Source of the DNA: Octopus vulgaris
Taxonomy: Eukaryota
Length of the DNA: 64,000 nucleotides
Reading direction: 5' to 3'
Assembly: GCA_951406725.2 (NCBI GenBank)
Contig: OX597836.1
Location: 15,810,001-15,874,000, forward strand
The notes beneath the pieces are model-generated. The model did no database searches. It was not told where the DNA came from and saw only the letters and a list, made by a program, of their open reading frames with translations. The position numbers and the translations under genes are program-made. Below are positions 61,021 to 64,000 of this stretch, one piece after another. How positions within the stretch are numbered: the first letter of the stretch is position 1; each line of letters starts with the position of its first letter.

Positions 61021-63160
61021 CAATGTTCATGCTGCTGGTGATATACAATGCTTGCGATGGCAATGCTGTCGATAGCGAAGATAGAGACGACACCGAAGTA
61101 GATTCCTAAAGCTACATTTCTATGCACAACTGAGAAAATAAACAACAACAACAACACACACACACATACCCTACACCCAGTACTTGTAGTCATAATTGGT
61201 AAGTTGATAATACCGATTGCCATGTAAGATTAGTAAGACACACGCACACACGGCAAAGCAACAATTGTTAAAGTACAAAGTACCATTATATATTAGTAAT
61301 GATTTTTTTCTCGTTGGCACACGGCCAAATATTTGGTGAGAGAAGGAAGGTCAAGGTGATAATGAAACTGATTCTGGTACTTAGAGGAGTGAGGGAGGGC
61401 AGGCATGGCTGGGTGGTTAAGAATACCGCTTTGCGACCATGTGGTATTGAACTCAGAATGTAAAGATGGACGAAATTCCACGAAGCATTTTGTCCAGCAT
61501 GCTAATGATTCTGTCGGCTTGCCATCTTTTATTTGTTTCTGTCATTTGACTGCGGCCATGCTGGAGCACCACCTTTAGTCGAGCAAATCAACCCCCCAAG
61601 GATTTATTCTTTGGAAGCCTAGTACTTATTCTATCAGTCTCTTTTTGTCGAACCACTAAGTTACGGGGATGTAAACACACCAGCATCGGTTGTCAAGCGA
61701 TGTTGGTGGGGGTGGGAGACAAACAGAGGGTTCTGTCCTGCAAAGTGGCACCATGGGCTCGTTGGCATGTGTCTTCTTATATTCTGTAACCTCAGGCCAA
61801 TGCCTTGCGAGTGAAACGAAGAGAGAGAATTTTCATGGAAACCAGCAGCAACATTATCGTTGTCATTGCCGTCATCATCATCACCATCATCATCTTCACT
61901 GTTGTTGTCATCAACACCATCTCAACATCCATTTCTCCATGCTTGCATGGGACAGATGAAGTATATTTGAGGCAAATTTTTCTATGACTGGATGCCCACC
62001 CTGTCACCAACCCTCACCTGTTTCCAAGCAAGGTAATATTTCCCCATGGCAAGACATATTCTTGCTCAGTGTCAGAACGACACCACTCGTATGACAGGGA
62101 CAATCATTTTACAGCTATAACATAATGTCAATACAAGGAGACACCAAACCATACAAAAGACACACACACAACATGCTTCTTTCAGTTTCCATGAACCAAA
62201 TCCACTCACAAGGCTTTGGCTGGCTCAGGGCTATGGTAGGAGACACTTACCAAAGGTGTCTCACAGTGGGACTGAACCCTGAACCATGAGGTTGGTAAGC
62301 AAGCTACTTACCACACAGCCACTCCTGTGCCAATGATGATGATGATGATATGTATGGGAACAAATAAACCTTATTTGGAAAATTTAAAGGGTTAGCAACA
62401 AGAAGGGTATCAGGTCCCACAGAACACTGCCTCTATACAGAAGCAGTGGCATCACCACAACCACTGCTGCTGCTGCTACTACTACTACAATACCTTTCGT
62501 ATCCTAGACTTTATCTCACATCAGTGTAATGTCTACACATTTAAATGCATAGATGCAACCAACACGTTGCTCTGATTGAAAAGTCATACTACCATTTAGT
62601 ATTCAAGACCTACCCATCATCAACCAGGGCCCTGGATCTCTAAGGCCCAGTTCCATTTCTCATTCAGTGAAAAATCTCGTGATAGGCTGGATGGTATGGG
62701 AGGGTAGGGGATCAGAAATCAGGACACAAAAGGCTAGCCCAGACAATAATTATGTCTCTTAAGGCCATCCATACTTATTACTAAAGAGCCAACACTCATT
62801 ACTAGAACTCTGACAGCTAATATTGATTGACCCTTTAACATTCAGATTACTCCATCAAATGTAATGCTTATTTATTCATATAGTTTCCAATTAATCGTGC
62901 ATTATCTCATAGCTTCAAGATTTTTGATGATGTGATTGTTTATTTTTAGAACGACTTTGTAAGGTAGGTCAAAGAGGCTGGATCTGGCCAGTTTGAATAC
63001 AAAATAAATAGAATATTTGAGCCAGATATGGCCAGATTAAATGCTAAATGACCATGGAGGTGTTGCAGTATATTAGCAGCAAATAGAATCTTTCCCTATA
63101 ACAAGACCAAAAAACTTGTAGAAATAAGAAAATCTTTCTACAGTTGTCAAGAAAGCTTCT

Positions 63161-63875
63161 TTAACCCTTTCATTACCAACCCAGCTGAAACTGGGTCTGG
63201 CTCTACAAATGTTTTATTTTCATAAGGTTTGAATTAAAATCTTCCACCAAACCTTAGTCATAATTAATGTTCCTAACACTAGCTGAATGATAACTAAGTT
63301 ATTTTACTAAATTCTTTGTTATATTTTAAATTAATTGAAAGAAACACAGAGTATCTCAATAGAAATACAGTAACGAAAGGGTTAAAGTCATCATGATATT
63401 TTTAACCCTTTCAATACCAACCCAGCTGAAACCGGCTCTGGCTCTGTAGTACAAATGTCTTGTTTTCATAAGGTTTGAATTAAAATCTTCCACCAAACCT
63501 TAGTCATAATTAATGTTCCTAACACTAGCTTCATGATAACTAAGTTATTTTACTAAATTCTTTGTTATATTCTAAAGTAATTGAAAGAAACACAGAGCAT
63601 CTCAACAGAAATAAGGTAACGAAAGGGTTACAGTCACCATGATATTTTTAACCCTTTTGTTACCAACCCAGCTGAAACCAGCTCTGACTTTGAGTACCAA
63701 TGTCTTGTTTTCATAAATTTTGAATTAAAATCTTCCAACAAACCTTAGTTACAATATATGTTTCTAACACTAGCTTCATGATAACTAAGTTATTTTACTA
63801 AATTCTTTGTTATATTTAAAGTAATTGAAAGAAACACAGAGCATCTCAAAACAAATACAGTAACGAAAGGGTTAA
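63161..63875. mobile_element. Three tandem TTAA-flanked piggyBac-type MITEs (family P2)
   Basis: TTAA-CCCTTTC.TTAC ... GTAACGAAAGGG-TTAA at 63161-63385, 63402-63631 and 63648-63875. Confidence 0.85.
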
Positions 63876-64000
63876 TCCTTTAGCATTCAGACTACTCTCT
63901 CAAATGTAATGTTTATTTATTCAATGAAAAAATCCAGTGAAATCTGTGAAGGTAGAGTCAGTAGATCCAGTGGTAATCTAGGTGGAATGCTGGTATATGG

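Noticed and set aside
60357-61223. Thr-rich mucin-like and Gly/Asp-rich ORFs
   Set aside because: Trinucleotide repeat open in several frames; no splice or domain support
57586-64000. Upstream RTEL1 exons (motif I GTGKT, SRTHSQL)
   Set aside because: Not found by eye on the minus strand; presumably beyond the window end

Overview
Eukaryotic, repeat-saturated genomic DNA. The SINE/RTE families and microsatellite load point to an octopus-type cephalopod (inference). The only host gene is RTEL1 (XPD-family Fe-S DEAH helicase) on the minus strand. I reconstructed 18 GT-AG exons between 57585 and 104, totalling 1486 nt (495 codons), in one continuous frame from the Fe-S domain to helicase motif V. 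The gene's 5' and 3' ends lie outside the window. The rest is intronic: a full-length decayed mariner, TTAA (piggyBac-type), hAT and Tc1/mariner MITEs, a Helitron-like element, RTE/CR1/L1-type LINE fragments, three abundant tRNA-derived SINE families and many mini/microsatellites. Nearly all ORFs in the supplied track are repeat artefacts. The most interesting signals are: (1) a 112-bp foldback hairpin between a 39-nt exon and a candidate recursive splice site (AG|GTAAGT), with a second such site further into the same intron; (2) a tRNA-Phe + CR1-tail chimeric retroposon, whose tail is shared with the local CORE-SINE and with a CR1 LINE in the window; (3) a modular hairpin array in the RTE 3'UTR that has expanded to 23 x 48 bp in one copy; (4) one SINE head carrying four different tails. 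Family names come from recalled motifs, not database searches. Coordinates of degenerate repeat copies are approximate.
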